A model generated the notes under the pieces. It had not been told where the DNA came from. It saw only the letters and a list, made by a program, of their open reading frames with translations, and did not search any database. The position numbers and the translations under genes are program-made. From Podarcis erhardii (Eukaryota), in the NCBI GenBank assembly GCA_964252035.1, contig OZ176200.1: DNA of 64,000 nt; one strand, 5' to 3'. The stretch's first letter is position 1; every line of letters begins with the position of its first letter. Positions 11,661 through 24,026 of this stretch are shown here, piece after piece.

Positions 11661-14139
11661 AGTAAAGCATTAACCAACATTAAAAAATCTGATCTTCATG
11701 CATCACAAAACCCGCAAAGTTATGACTTCTATGTTATTTTTTTTCCCCAAGGCTGTAAATCACATAGCACATTGACGGTTTTAAGAAGCATTTTATTCAA
11801 TAAATAAGTTACTTGAAATCCTTTAAATTTAAATATTTCAAATAGTATTGAACTAAGAATTGTACATTGCAGACTTTTATATTAAAAATAGTTTCCTGAG
11901 ATTAGTTCTGGGAACAGTAAGAAAAAGATAAGGCAAAGTGCTATGTCTTTGTAAGTTATGCTTACATAAATATTTAACTTTTGGGCTATACAGAAATCAT
12001 CCTAAGCTATATTTCCTTTTTTTCTGGTCAATAATTCTGTGTCACTATAAAGCTTGCATAGTTCCCAAACAACAAGAGCTGTTTTGAATTTCATCTTGTA
12101 AGAACCCAAACTCACAACTACTGACTGTACCAATACTTGACAACCATGGCAACTCCAAATTCACCCCAAGTAACTCTACAATTGGAAAGAAAGGGGGGTG
12201 GGAATGCAATCTCTTTACCCATTGAGCTCTAATCATGACATTTAACCCCAGGTAAAAAAAACAGAGTCTCGTTTTTGCACATAGTATGAACAATTGCCAT
12301 TTGTCTAATGGAGAAAAACATACAGTTATCACAGTCCCTGAAACAACCACCTTCTTTGAAAAATGTAATTCTTATGAGGTTGTGAACTCTAAATGCTGTT
12401 CTTTTGGAGGTTTCCGATTGCACTGGTGCTTTTATAGGTTAGAACAATGCATTCAATGGATCTGCAAAGGTGCTATTCCTTTATCCTCAGCTTTTGCTGA
12501 TTCATGAAACCTTTTACGGTTTTAAACTTACCTAACTACCTGTTGTTTTCTGATTGTAATCATATTGCATATGTTGCATTTGTTTGTATTCTTAATTACT
12601 GTACATTGCCTAGAGAGGCTTGCATGACAGGCAATATATAATGATAAATGTAATACATTTACATTAAATAAATATATTTTGTTGATATATTGGCTGGGGT
12701 ATTGTTTAGGGAAGCTTGTTGTGGGGTTGTTGCTATTAATTTTTTGCATCTTTATTTTAGGTCTTACGATTTATGTGGATTTATTGTTCAGTTTAGTTGT
12801 GTATGTTGTTTTATCTCTCGTTCATGACTACTTTTGTTGTGTTGGAATTATGCATGTAAGATGGTTTGAGTATGGTTTCAACTATGAAATGGCAGTATAC
12901 AAATAAAATTATCTCTGTGTGTATAAATATAATTTTTTAAAAAATGTCAATTTAGAGAACACCAGTGCAAATCCATTCTTGCATCTGAGCTATTTAACTG
13001 GCTGGTAACCACAAATTACAACTGCCTAGTGCATGCTCAGCTGAAAAGGGAACACACAAATTGGTGTTACGTGTGAGTCAGTCCCTTGGAAAAAGACACC
13101 AGATGATTATTCTGCATCCAGTTAAGCGGAACGCTGGAGGCTAGATTTCATATAGAGCTTGAAGGAACAGCACCTGCTAAAGCAAGAGGCAACAACATGC
13201 ATGGACTGAGAGCAGAACTACTCTTTGATTTAAGTCCCTGGAGGTACCAAGTCAATTTCCCCTCTGAAACACACATTTCAGGGGGTGGGGGGAAGACCCA
13301 CAGAAGAGAAGCAAAGAAGAAAGGCCTGATTTACTACCAAAAGGATTGTCTCTAGGGCAAAATGTCTTCAATGCACATGGTGAAATTAGTATGTCGGGCT
13401 AAGTTCTACATTATTTGGGGGCTGTGCTTTTTGCTGCATTTGCTGCACACGCACACATGCACATACATAAACCTGCACACCAATGAAAGATCTACCAGTT
13501 TTTCAAACCCAAACTGCAGTTTGTTAGTATATGTGTTGCTGCAGGATGTTTTGTGAGATGTTGTAAAATGGCGTACAAAACTCGAAACACTGAAAATATT
13601 GTCCAGAACAGTTTTCCCAACCAAATTCTTCTGTGAAAGATGGGCTTTTTTGTGTAACCTTTTTCTGCTTCTCAGCAGAAATTGCTCCTAGTATTTCTTT
13701 GTTTACTGAAATCAGAGCCAAGCATGATTTCCTTTCTTTGATGGGAGGCAAATAAAGTCTTTGACAGGATAAGTAAAGCCTCCCACAATCCCATAACTAC
13801 AAGCTTTGGGCAAAATAGGATAAATAGACAAATCTGAGGTATACGGCATTCAGGGTTGGCTAGACTTGCAATTATGTTGAGTTGCTTCCGTTATCGGCCT
13901 ACACTACACTCACATAAAACTTTGAACATGTGTAAAGCATTGCCAGCATGGAATTATCCATGCAGCTGCGAATGAGCCATGTGTCTTTGAAATTGTAATC
14001 CAACTAAAGAACCTGATATTTTGTATCCTGCAAATCTCAATCCTCATTCTGAAGAAAAAGCTACTTTCTAGACCACTTATCTCAGAATCCAATAGTCATC
14101 TCTCTTTCCATTATTTCTATTGTTCTATTTTATTTTATT

Positions 14140-14270
14140 TTGAGGGTCAAAAAGATTCTGATCAACAGCTGGTGGAAACCACAGAAAAGAGTGTTCTTGT
14201 GCTTGGGTCCTGCTTGAGGTTTGTGAGGACAAAATGTTGGACAAGATGGGCTGTTGCTCTTACGTTCTTT
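14140..14270 (+). mobile_element. Degenerate CR1-type LINE 3' fragment
   Basis: Reverse complement of the family at 248-490; ends ...gatgggctgttgctcttacgttc. Confidence 0.5.
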
Positions 14271-15436
14271 CAAAATCCAAATGTTCTCATCAGAAAAACA
14301 ACAACCTAAAAATGTAAAAATACAGGCATTTGCTCTTACTCTGATGGCACTAACTGGATTTCTGAGCACCAAGTTCGAATCTCACTGGCTGCTGAATTTG
14401 AGGGGTGGGGTACAGAATAGCCAAATGACTGATTGCTGGAAACAAGTCTTATTGAAATGATCTGTCTGTGATGTCATTCCCAAAATGTATGTATGTATTT
14501 GTTTGTTTTCCAGCCTGTTCTTTGTCCTGAAGTAGCCCAGGATCAAATAGCAAAACAATTCAATTCAATATAAACAAACATTTTTTAAAAAAATATAAAA
14601 AATCCAAAAAGGAGGCACATAAGTACACACAATAGTGCACCAGGGATCAAGATGTAAGTATTCTGTCCTGGGAAATTTCTACCCTACTATTCCTTGTCTG
14701 AATTGCTTTTGGTTTTAGGAAGTTTAGAGTATGATACAACTTGGATGTTGAGGAGAAGCAAATGTTTAAGAAGCTTGAAAATCTCTAGGCTCAAGCACAC
14801 ATATTTCACAATGAATCCCATTTCTCATACTACATTACTTACATAATATTGACCTTACTAAAACTATAGGGGCATATACTTCTGAAATCCTCAAATTTCT
14901 CTGAATTACCAAATAAATTCTTCAAATCACTACTCACTGCCTGTTCCTAGTACTCACTTTCTGCTATGTTTACAGTATTTGAAAGCTGTCTATATCCAGC
15001 TGCTTCAGCCTTTCCCGATATGGTCCTTTCACATTTATCCTTTCTTTCCTGGTGCTTAGACCATTCTAGCAACATGGTAGACTTTTCCTATCCCCACCTT
15101 TAAAAAAAACCTGATACTTTTGAATTGGAGGAAAACACCTTTAAGTAGTAGCACCATGGAAACTGGCATCTCAAAACAACCTACGCAAAATGATTTTTTA
15201 AAGAAATGTATCGTCTTTTTTAGTTTCTGCTTTGTGTCTTGTATATTTGATGGGCATGTTGTGCATGTGAAGCTGAGACAGAGTTATTGGCTCCGCTAGC
15301 CTAGCGCTTTCCACTTGGGATTGACACAGGTCACCCAAAGTCTCAAAGCTTTTCAAGTCCTTGATTCAATCAACGCTTGAGATTTTTTATTAACCTGAGA
15401 GGCAAAGCAGCTTGGAAACATCTTCATGTAAAGTAT

Positions 15437-15704
15437 GGCTTGCATCCAACAATGTTCTTCTGCTGACAGAAGGGACTTTGAACCAGCAGCGGCTTCTGTT
15501 GGCAGAATGGGGGGGGGGGGACGGGGCGGACGAGGGATGATTTCTGGTGGTTCCCCATCACCTTGCAGTCCCTGCTGCAGAGGATTGGATGGCTCTTCAG
15601 AACAGAGTGGAAGGTGGGAAGAGAGACTTCCAGCCGAGGGGAAATCACAGAAAATGGTCTTCTTCCTTGTTTGCTGACATAAGCCCTTACTGGATCCAAG
15701 AGCC
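15437..15704. mobile_element. Old MITE-like element with imperfect terminal inverted repeats
   Basis: Left end ggcttgcatccaa..ttctgctgacagaagg; right end ttgctgacataagcccttactggatccaagagcc. No TSD resolved. Confidence 0.45.
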
Positions 15705-16099
15705 TTTCATCTGCCAATGGTGTCACCATTGGATACAACCCTATTTTTTCCCCTGCACTGAGCAATGGTCCCTCTTCCTGCATGAAGGGAAATATGACCA
15801 TAGTTTCTGGCGTCAGTTTTGTTTAAAATAAATGGCACTATCTATATTTGGAATGCACTATCATGACAGCATTTGCTTTTCCTTCTTCTCCCACCCAGAA
15901 AGACAAGGAATGAAACTGTAGAAACTTTGGAGGCAAATTAAATGTAAGATAAGTTTTGATCATGTATTTCCTCTTCCCAATTTGCATACATAATAGAAAA
16001 ATGGTAGAGAATAGGTTAAACAGTCTAAAAGGATTTTAACCTTAAATTTGACAGAAGCTAAATGGCTGTGACATTGGGTGCGTCTACTTTATTCCAGCT

Positions 16100-16479
16100 N
16101 NNNNNNNNNNNNNNNNNNNNNNNNNNNNNNNNNNNNNNNNNNNNNNNNNNNNNNNNNNNNNNNNNNNNNNNNNNNNNNNNNNNNNNNNNNNNNNNNNNNN
16201 NNNNNNNNNNNNNNNNNNNNNNNNNNNNNNNNNNNNNNNNNNNNNNNNNNNNNNNNNNNNNNNNNNNNNNNNNNNNNNNNNNNNNNNNNNNNNNNNNNNN
16301 NNNNNNNNNNNNNNNNNNNNNNNNNNNNNNNNNNNNNNNNNNNNNNNNNNNNNNNNNNNNNNNNNNNNNNNNNNNNNNNNNNNNNNNNNNNNNNNNNNNN
16401 NNNNNNNNNNNNNNNNNNNNNNNNNNNNNNNNNNNNNNNNNNNNNNNNNNNNNNNNNNNNNNNNNNNNNNNNNNNNNNN
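16100..16479. other. Assembly gap (N run)
   Basis: 380 N. Confidence 1.
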
Positions 16480-17649
16480 ATTTTATTTTTTATATTTGGG
16501 GTAAAAGAAACTTTTTACTTATTTGCTTTTGTCGTAAAGATGTCGCCTCATGAATGAAGAAGTACGAAAGGTTGGAGCTTAATTGGATTTTGTACATTTG
16601 AATATGCGAATACATATGCTTATGACTAATGCAGGTTTATTTGGCTGTACATTTGGAATTCATCCCATACGCTTTCAGAAACATTAACCTAACAAACATG
16701 GAGTATGCTTTTCCAAATATGCTGTATAAATTAATAACACACACATCACTATCTTTGGCAAGCTCGAATATATTTTTACTTGGGCAATGTGCCTTTTACA
16801 TTAGGGAACCAAATGCAACTTGTATTACTGTCATAGTCCATCTGATCTGTTTTAAAAAGCTGCTTTAGAGTCTCAACAGGCATCAAAACTGATGATGTTA
16901 AATTGGATGTTACGATGAAATAACAGGAAAGACAACACAGGTATTTTCCCCCTCACCCAACACACACACATATCTAAGCACTCACACAGGAATGTAAAGA
17001 TAATGCACAGAGGCAGATATCCAATGTTTGTCACACACAAAGTAGACCTACCGATATCAGTGGTCTTAAGTCTACCATGAGTTTAATTTAGTTGGAGATC
17101 ACCTAGAGTTGTCACTAAGTATTTATAAAACTCATTTATTCAGAAGTTCATACCTCCACTTACTCAGAAGCCTCACTGAACAGAATAGGACTTACTTTTG
17201 AGCAGACATGGTTAGGGCTGCACTGTTAAACATTATTCCTGCATAAACTAATAATTCATGGAGAGCTACAGTTTATTAACCAAAACCAGAACAACAACAA
17301 CAAAATCACAGAAGATTCTTCATGAATGTGTTCCAGTCTCTAGAATGCTTCAAATTATCCCCCTCGGAAGCACAATGGAAATAAAAGATATATTTGAAAT
17401 GATATATTCGGCAAAACACATTGATAGTGCTGCCTTGTGCGTTCCTTCTCAGATGTAAGCTCTGTGGAGTTCAGAGGGGCTTACTCACAGGTATGTGTGG
17501 GTAGTTTAGGCATGTGTTCCCATGTATTTTTCTTTATTTCTTATTTTTAAAAATGCATATTGGTGGGATTTGCAGGGATACTTGTGATGAGATGACAGAC
17601 ACACTTCAATATTACTGCTTCCCTGTGCACAGCTGCCAGGGTCTTTTAG

Positions 17650-18700
17650 GTCTTTACACTGGCTCTCGGTGAGTCACTGAATTTTAGGCCCCATGCATTT
17701 TCTCCAGCCACATCCCACAAAACATGAGATTTCTGAGTATAGTCAGACACAGCAGACTTGGGCACATATTGTTGCAGTGGTTTATCAGTGGTGGCGGGGG
17801 ACCCTCCTTTGATGTAGCCGTGCAAATTTACGGCAGGCAGTATCACTCTCCCTACGCTCGGTTGTAAATAATTATTTGCTGGTAGAGTGGCTAGCTGAAT
17901 TATGCTGTAAATGGGATACCTTATCACATTCCTTTAATTGAAGCCTGGTGCGTTCTTTAAGTAGGTTAGGAAATTAATATTCTGGCCACCGGTATCCCTT
18001 GGATCAAATCTGTCATCCAAAGGGGCGTTGCCTGGCTTTATAACCCATGGATTATAAAGTTCTCTCTGTGGTAGGTTTTTTAAACAGCTCAGGTGTGGAG
18101 TGGGGGGGGGGCAGGGGGAGAAGAAGGAAAGAAAGAAAGAGAGACAAAAGGGAAAGGGGAAAGTAAAGGGAGGTGAGGGGTGTCTTCATTTTTCTTGCCT
18201 GGCGCACTGAATTGGTACGCATCTTAGTAGCTGCTCCTGTTCTGGAGGAGCGAGGAGGGAACAGGGAATGAGAAATGGACAAAGTGCAGGAAAGACTGGT
18301 GAATGGCAAGCCTATTTTGGCAGATGGGTGGGTGAGGGCTTGGCTCCCATCTCCTATTCCCACGGGCTTAATTAATTGCTGGCCATGGACTGTTTTTTCA
18401 TGCTGGACTCCTGTCATGTGAAAAGGGAGAAAGTAAAACGAGGGGGTGGGGAACTACTGAAAGTACTCGGGGAAATTTGGCACCCAACACACTGCTGGCA
18501 TTAATAAATGTTAAGTAGTAATAGTTGTTGTAGCAGTTTTAATGGTGAGACATTACAATCTGCCACCTTCCCCATTTCTTTCGGTTTGAGATGCTGAACA
18601 TATTTGTTTTTCAGAGAGATGTCAAATAATTTACAAACGTACCCATTGCAGAGTTTTTATTGCCAAGTCTCTGAACTTTGAGAAACTAGCCAAGATGAAT
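17650..18700. promoter_or_regulatory. Candidate intronic enhancer or alternative promoter
   Basis: No recognisable repeats, locally CpG-enriched. Purine tract 18090-18182, CArG box cctattttgg 18311-18320 directly followed by E-box cagatg 18321-18326, ttaattaa homeodomain-type site near 18368. Motif evidence only. Confidence 0.35.
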
Positions 18701-20283
18701 AACGTTATTTTTTTTAACACTGATGTGACATATTTTAACCTGTCTACATATAAAAGTAGTGCTGTTAACAATGGCAACTTTCTTCAAGTATGCTATGAAT
18801 CACTGTATTCCTTTTTCCTTTTTGCATGCGCCATTGCCACTATCTTACCTTCAGCGGTTTTGCTAGATTTCAATGAAGATGGAACCAGAGGGCACACATT
18901 AGAATTTTATATCAGTTCAAGAAGGGGGAAGAAGAAAGACATATGAAGCTGGAATGACATTCATTGAAGGCTCCCTAGGGAAGATAACACATGTTTTTGT
19001 CTTTCACCTGCTAGGCATGCTAAATCAGTGCAATGATAAGCTAATTTATGAAATATATTTCATTGAAACCTGGACATCTTTATTGTTGCTAGTTCAGCTA
19101 TTACATTTTGGGAAATAATGGATTCTGAAGTTAAAACAATATTAAAAGACTTGGATTTTTCTTAGGTAATGATTACCATATATCTCTTTCTAAGGCTCTG
19201 CCTTTCAGCCTACAAAAATGTATTTTGAAACGATTTAGAATTAGTCAAAAATTGAAATATACATTCATTTCCTATGCAATACTAGTTATGCTGATGCCAT
19301 TTGTTACCCTATCAAGCAGTGTAAGGCATTCTTGCCAGTAATATTTCTTTATATTTATACATGCTAAAATGCAAAAAAAAAATGTAACTCTTGGGAGACA
19401 CTTCCCTGCCACAGGGCTTTGAACTTCAAATCAATCCGCTGCCTAGTATACCTGCCTGGTGGCTATGCCATTATGACCCAATGATGCACCAGTTTTGATG
19501 GTGTCAACTTCGACCTACAACTAGATTATGCCGGCAAAACAGCAGTCGTCTATATAACTGGGTCACAAATGCTGGCATCTCTACTTGCGATATGCTGGTG
19601 GTACCAAAGCTATTCTTTGACAGGCTATGCAAAGGGAAGATGAAGTCAGAAAAGGCAATGTCACATACATCTATTCAGCCACAAGGAAGTCAGGCGCACC
19701 CATCAATATACTGAACTTGCAGTTGACAGGCAGCACAGCAGGAGAACACACTCCAGAAGAGCTCGCTGCTTTAGTTGTGTCAGTGCAAGCCACTTAGCAT
19801 GATGTCACAGCTATGTTCTTCCATAGGATCCAAGAGAGAGTTATCAAAACAAGAAGTTCAGTGATCCTTCCTGTGTAACAGCACACGGAATTAACATCTC
19901 CACTGTTTCATTTAAATCAAGAAGCTGTTTGGTTGCACCGGTTACCTTCACAGTCTGAAATCTTATTTAAGGGAAATGGCAGGGCACATGAGAATTCTAG
20001 GAGAAACTTGCAGTGTTACAGATAGGCATTCTGGTATCCAATGACAAAAACTGAAAGCAAAGTGAAATTGCGTATTTACTTTATAACGAAGCTTGAAACT
20101 TTGGGATGTTTTGTAAGTAATTTAGTATGACAAGAGTGCTACAATTCCAATACAATCTAATATTAGAACGCTTAATAAAAACAAAAACCCTCTGATACAG
20201 TTTAGTCCAGAAAAAAACATGCATCCTTACATAAAGATTCACCACTTCTAATAATAATCTCCAAAGCTGTTTAAATCTGCAAC

Positions 20284-20385
20284 AGCAAAAATAACCAAGA
20301 GTCTCACGGCACCTTAAAGTCTAACCAATGTTAAGCTGGATCCATAATAAAGAGTCTTTAAGACTCTTTGGTTTTGTTTCGATTT
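20284..20385. mobile_element. Old Penelope-like element remnant with inverted ends
   Basis: aaaataaccaagagtctcacggcaccttaaagtctaac ... agactctttggttttgtttc; the gcaccttaaag motif is shared with the younger copy at 47081. Confidence 0.5.
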
Positions 20386-20659
20386 CGGCTTTAATATCTT
20401 CTGTGAAGGTTAGAAAAGAATGGCTTATTCAGGCATCTTCTCTGATATACCCCTTAGCTTAAGTAAACATTACTCACAGCTTATGTTGGGCTGGAGTGGG
20501 GATGGGTTAGATTACATCCTAAGGGTTCAGTTCTATCACTTAGGTCCTATTGTAATTAATGAACCTCTGCATATACATGCATGACTGCGCTGTAACTCTC
20601 CCATCATGCATGAACCTGTCTGAAATTTGAGATGTCCCCACCATCACAGGTTAGGCAAG

Positions 20660-21085
20660 TGGTGGTGGATCATATTTCAAAGGTATATGGGGTCACCACT
20701 GAAAAGGCCCTTCCTCAGCTACCCATCAACCACATATCTCTTATTAATGGAGCAGATAGCAGAACTTCTTAGGCTGCTTATAGCGCTTGGGCAGACATAC
20801 AGGTGCAGGTGCTCCTTCAGGTAATGTGATCCCAAACCATTTAGGGCTTTAAATGCTAAATCTAGCTCTTTAATTTGGGTGTGGCAGCAAACAGGAAGGC
20901 AATATAAATTTTACAGAATAGGTGCAATAGCCTCTGGTTGCTTAGTTCCTGCAAGCATTCTTGCTGCTGCACTCTGTACCAATGTGAGTTTCTGAATTGT
21001 GTTTAAAGGCAGGCCCCCACATACAGCAATTTACAGTAATCTAGCTGGGATATAATGAGAGTACATGTCACTAAGGCAAGGTCTA
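20660..21085 (-). mobile_element. Degenerate L2-clade LINE fragment
   Basis: gaaaaggccc...cccaaaccatttagggctttaaatg...gctgcactctgtaccaat...tacagtaatctagc is the reverse complement of the L2 ORF2 end. Confidence 0.7.
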
Positions 21086-21510
21086 CTTGTAACTGAAACA
21101 GATTTAAAATCCATTGTACCATGTTTGCAAGTCACAAATTTCAGGACAAGCAATCGGCATTTGCTTCTAATGGGATTTCAAAAACTGGAAATTACAGTGG
21201 TGGGAAGAGAGCATATCCATTGCCTTAGCCACCAGAAATTCTTTACTGGGGTTCCAATCCTGTACTCAAGAACTTCGGAGAAAGTCCCATTGAACTCAAC
21301 AGGGGCCTACTTCTGAACAGGCTTGCATAAAATTGTTCTTGCTTCTCGACATGCTTCTTTAGCATGTTTTTGATAGTAATAAAACTAGAGTTTTATGGGA
21401 ACCAGAAGTCACTGATGGGGACTGCACTGGTCAATTTACAGAGAGATTCCATCGTCAATTCTCTATTTTTGTTTCTTCACACTAGATGCATGAAAAAGTC
21501 GCATTTGTCT

Positions 21511-21545
<35 letters not shown>

Positions 21546-22162
21546 TAGATAATCTGGTGTATATTTCCTTGTCACAACAAAACTGTTATCTGCCTCTGAA
21601 AGGAGAAAGTGATAATGGAAATAACAGGACCTTTCCAAGACTTTACATGGCTGAATTTCAGCAAATCTCTTTTAGTGACAAAAAACTCCTGATGAAATAA
21701 ACAAGTAAGAAGAATCTTTGTCAGCTTCCTGAATCATCCAGTGCCTTCTTCAAAACCTCCATACCCCGATAAGGTATGGAGACAATAGACAATATACCCC
21801 GATAGACAATATCAAGGGCATTTTCACACATGGACCTTCAAGTGAGTTTTGCTTAACTAGTACAGGCAGCAACTGATTTGCACAAGGGTTACGTTCTGGA
21901 CCCCAGAGCACATCAATGGGGCCCATGTAAGGTCGCCCCACCCTGTTACGCCTCTTTTTGTGACTTCTGGGTTCAGCACAATGCACATGTACACGGTTGC
22001 AAACATATCAGACGCATCTAAAACGGTCGCTGCCTATATTGTAATACAATTGGTCACAATGCTCATGCAAATTACAAATGCTTTTCCTTGGCTTCCTGTT
22101 CTGCTTTTAAATATACAAACATTCACATAAGGAGCTCAGAGTACTCAATATAGATTTAAACT

Positions 22163-22750
22163 ATAAGAAGAGCCCTGCTGGATCAGACCACAGATCCAAC
22201 TAGTCTAGCATTTTGTTCTCACAGTGGCCAACCAGATAATAACTACAGTAGTAGTATTTTATCTGCACGCTGCTCATTTGACTGGGTTGCCCCAGCCACT
22301 CTGGGCAGCTGTCAACAAATATAAAAGCATAATAAAACATCAAACATTAAAAACTTCCCAATACATGACTGCCTTCAGATGTCTTCTAAATAATGTATAG
22401 TTATTTATCTCCTTGACATCTGCTGGGAGGGCGTTCCACAGGGTGGGTGCCACTACCGAGAAGGCCCTCTGCCTGGTTCCCTGTAACCTCACTTCTGTCA
22501 GGGAGGGAACTGCCAGAAGGCCCCCAGACCTAGATCTCAGCATACCGGATGATTGATGCCCTGGGAAGACTCGAGTACAACAGCACAGTTCCCAGTCATG
22601 TTCCTCAGCCACTAACAGTCAGATACACCACCTCTGATACTGGGGGGTAGTAAATACAGTAGTCATCAAGACTATAGTAGCCATTGGTAGCCATATCCTC
22701 CGTAACTAATCCCCTTTTAAAGCCATCCAATGTAGCAGCCATCACTACAT
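22163..22750 (-). mobile_element. CR1-type LINE 3' end interrupted by an L2 insertion (about 22240-22550)
   Basis: ataagaagagccctgctggatcagacc...accagat resumes as gatgccctgggaag...aaagccatccaa...atcactacat after the L2. Confidence 0.8.
22250..22550 (-). mobile_element. L2-clade LINE 3' end
   Basis: ccccagccactctgggc...gccttcagatgtcttctaaa...gagaaggccctctgcctggttccctgtaacc; same family as 22770-23270 and 61819-62190. Confidence 0.88.
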
Positions 22751-22769
22751 TTTATGGAGGCTTCACATT

Positions 22770-23270
22770 TTATGGGGGCCACCTTTGAAGGTGACCCGGA
22801 AACTACAACTAATCCAGAATGTAGCAGCCAGACTGGTGACTGGGGGCAGCCGCCGAGGCCACATAACACCAGTCTTGAAAGACCTGCATTGGCTCCCAGT
22901 ACGTTTCCGAGCACAATTCAAAGTGTTGGTGTTGACCTTTAAAGCCCTAAACAGCCTCAGCCCAGTATACCTGAAGGAGTGTCTCCACCCCCATCATTCT
23001 GCCCGGACGCTGAGGTCCAGCACTGAGGGCCTTCTCGATAGTGGTGCCCGCCCTGTGGAACGCCCTCCCATCAGATGTCAAAGAGATAAACAACTACCTG
23101 ACATTTAGAAGACATCTGAAGGCAACCCTGTTCAGGGAAGTTTTTAATGTGTGACATTGTAATATATTTTTAATCTTTGTTGGAAGCCACCCAGAGTGGC
23201 TGGGGAAACCCATCCAGATGGGTGGGGTACAAATAATATATTATTATTATTATTATTATTTTATTATATA
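22770..23270 (+). mobile_element. L2-clade LINE 3' end with (ATT)n tail
   Basis: ORF 22785-23108 reads KLQLIQNVAARLVTGGSRRGHITPVLKDLHWLPVRFRAQFKVLVLTFKAL; followed by 3' UTR and tail. Confidence 0.92.
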
Positions 23271-23284
23271 GAATATCAAGGGTG

Positions 23285-23388
23285 CTGTTGTTGTTATTGT
23301 TGACATCCATCTGTCTCCAGAAACAACGGAGTGTGCCTCTGGGGGTGAAGTCAAACTGCTGGAGAATCACAGCGCCTTCTGTTGTGAC
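23285..23388 (-). mobile_element. RTE-type LINE 3' tail with (CAA)n end
   Basis: Minus strand ...gattctccagcagtttgacttcacccccagaggcacactccgttgtttctggagacagatggatgtcaacaat; second copy at 25808-25915. Confidence 0.65.
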
Positions 23389-23857
23389 CTGAAATGGGAA
23401 TACTTACTAAATAGGGTAATGGGAGGTAAATACATGGAGCATTAATGCTCTGGTCTGGGTTAAAAGGCTCCAGGAAAAGACAGATAAAGCAGGTTTGAAC
23501 ATCTAAATCTGCATTCAATGTTTTTGGGGAGAAACAACTCCTACCCCCCCCCCTTTCCTATATTATCTGGGAATGCATCTGCATGATAGCCCTATAATTA
23601 ATTCCCCCACCTGATAATTTTAGCTTCATAATTGCCCAGAAATGTTATGCTAGTCTTTTAGGGCCACCCGAAGCTCTAATGATTTTAAAAGTAGGTGTCA
23701 AAACTAGCTTTTTTAAAACAAAGCAACAACAACAACAAAAACCTGAACACCACTTTGCAGCTTATGGTTAAATATAAATGAATAAATATTACAGTTCTGT
23801 CTCATGAATAATAATATTTGTACAGTGCAATCCAAGCTATGTCTACTCAGAAGCAAG

Positions 23858-24026
23858 CAGTGGCGTAGCGTGAGGGGTGCAGGGGGGGCCAGCCGCACCG
23901 GGCGCAACATCTGGGGGTTAGGGTTAGGGTGCGCAAATCCACGGGTTAGGGTGCGCAAATCCACAGGTTAGGGGGAGCAAATTACTTGCCTTGCCCCGGG
24001 TGCTGACAACCCACGCTACGCCACTG
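23858..24026. mobile_element. hAT-type MITE containing TTAGGG repeats
   Basis: Perfect 15-bp TIR cagtggcgtagcgtg/cacgctacgccactg; perfect 8-bp TSD gaagcaag (23850-23857, 24027-24034). Inserted in a short palindromic repeat. Confidence 0.92.

Noticed and set aside
11882-11891. MEF2-like ttaaaaatag and similar AT-rich motifs
   Set aside because: Very frequent by chance in AT-rich intron sequence.
18052-18417. 121-aa minus ORF
   Set aside because: Open mainly because of a low-complexity pyrimidine tract; no homology recognised.
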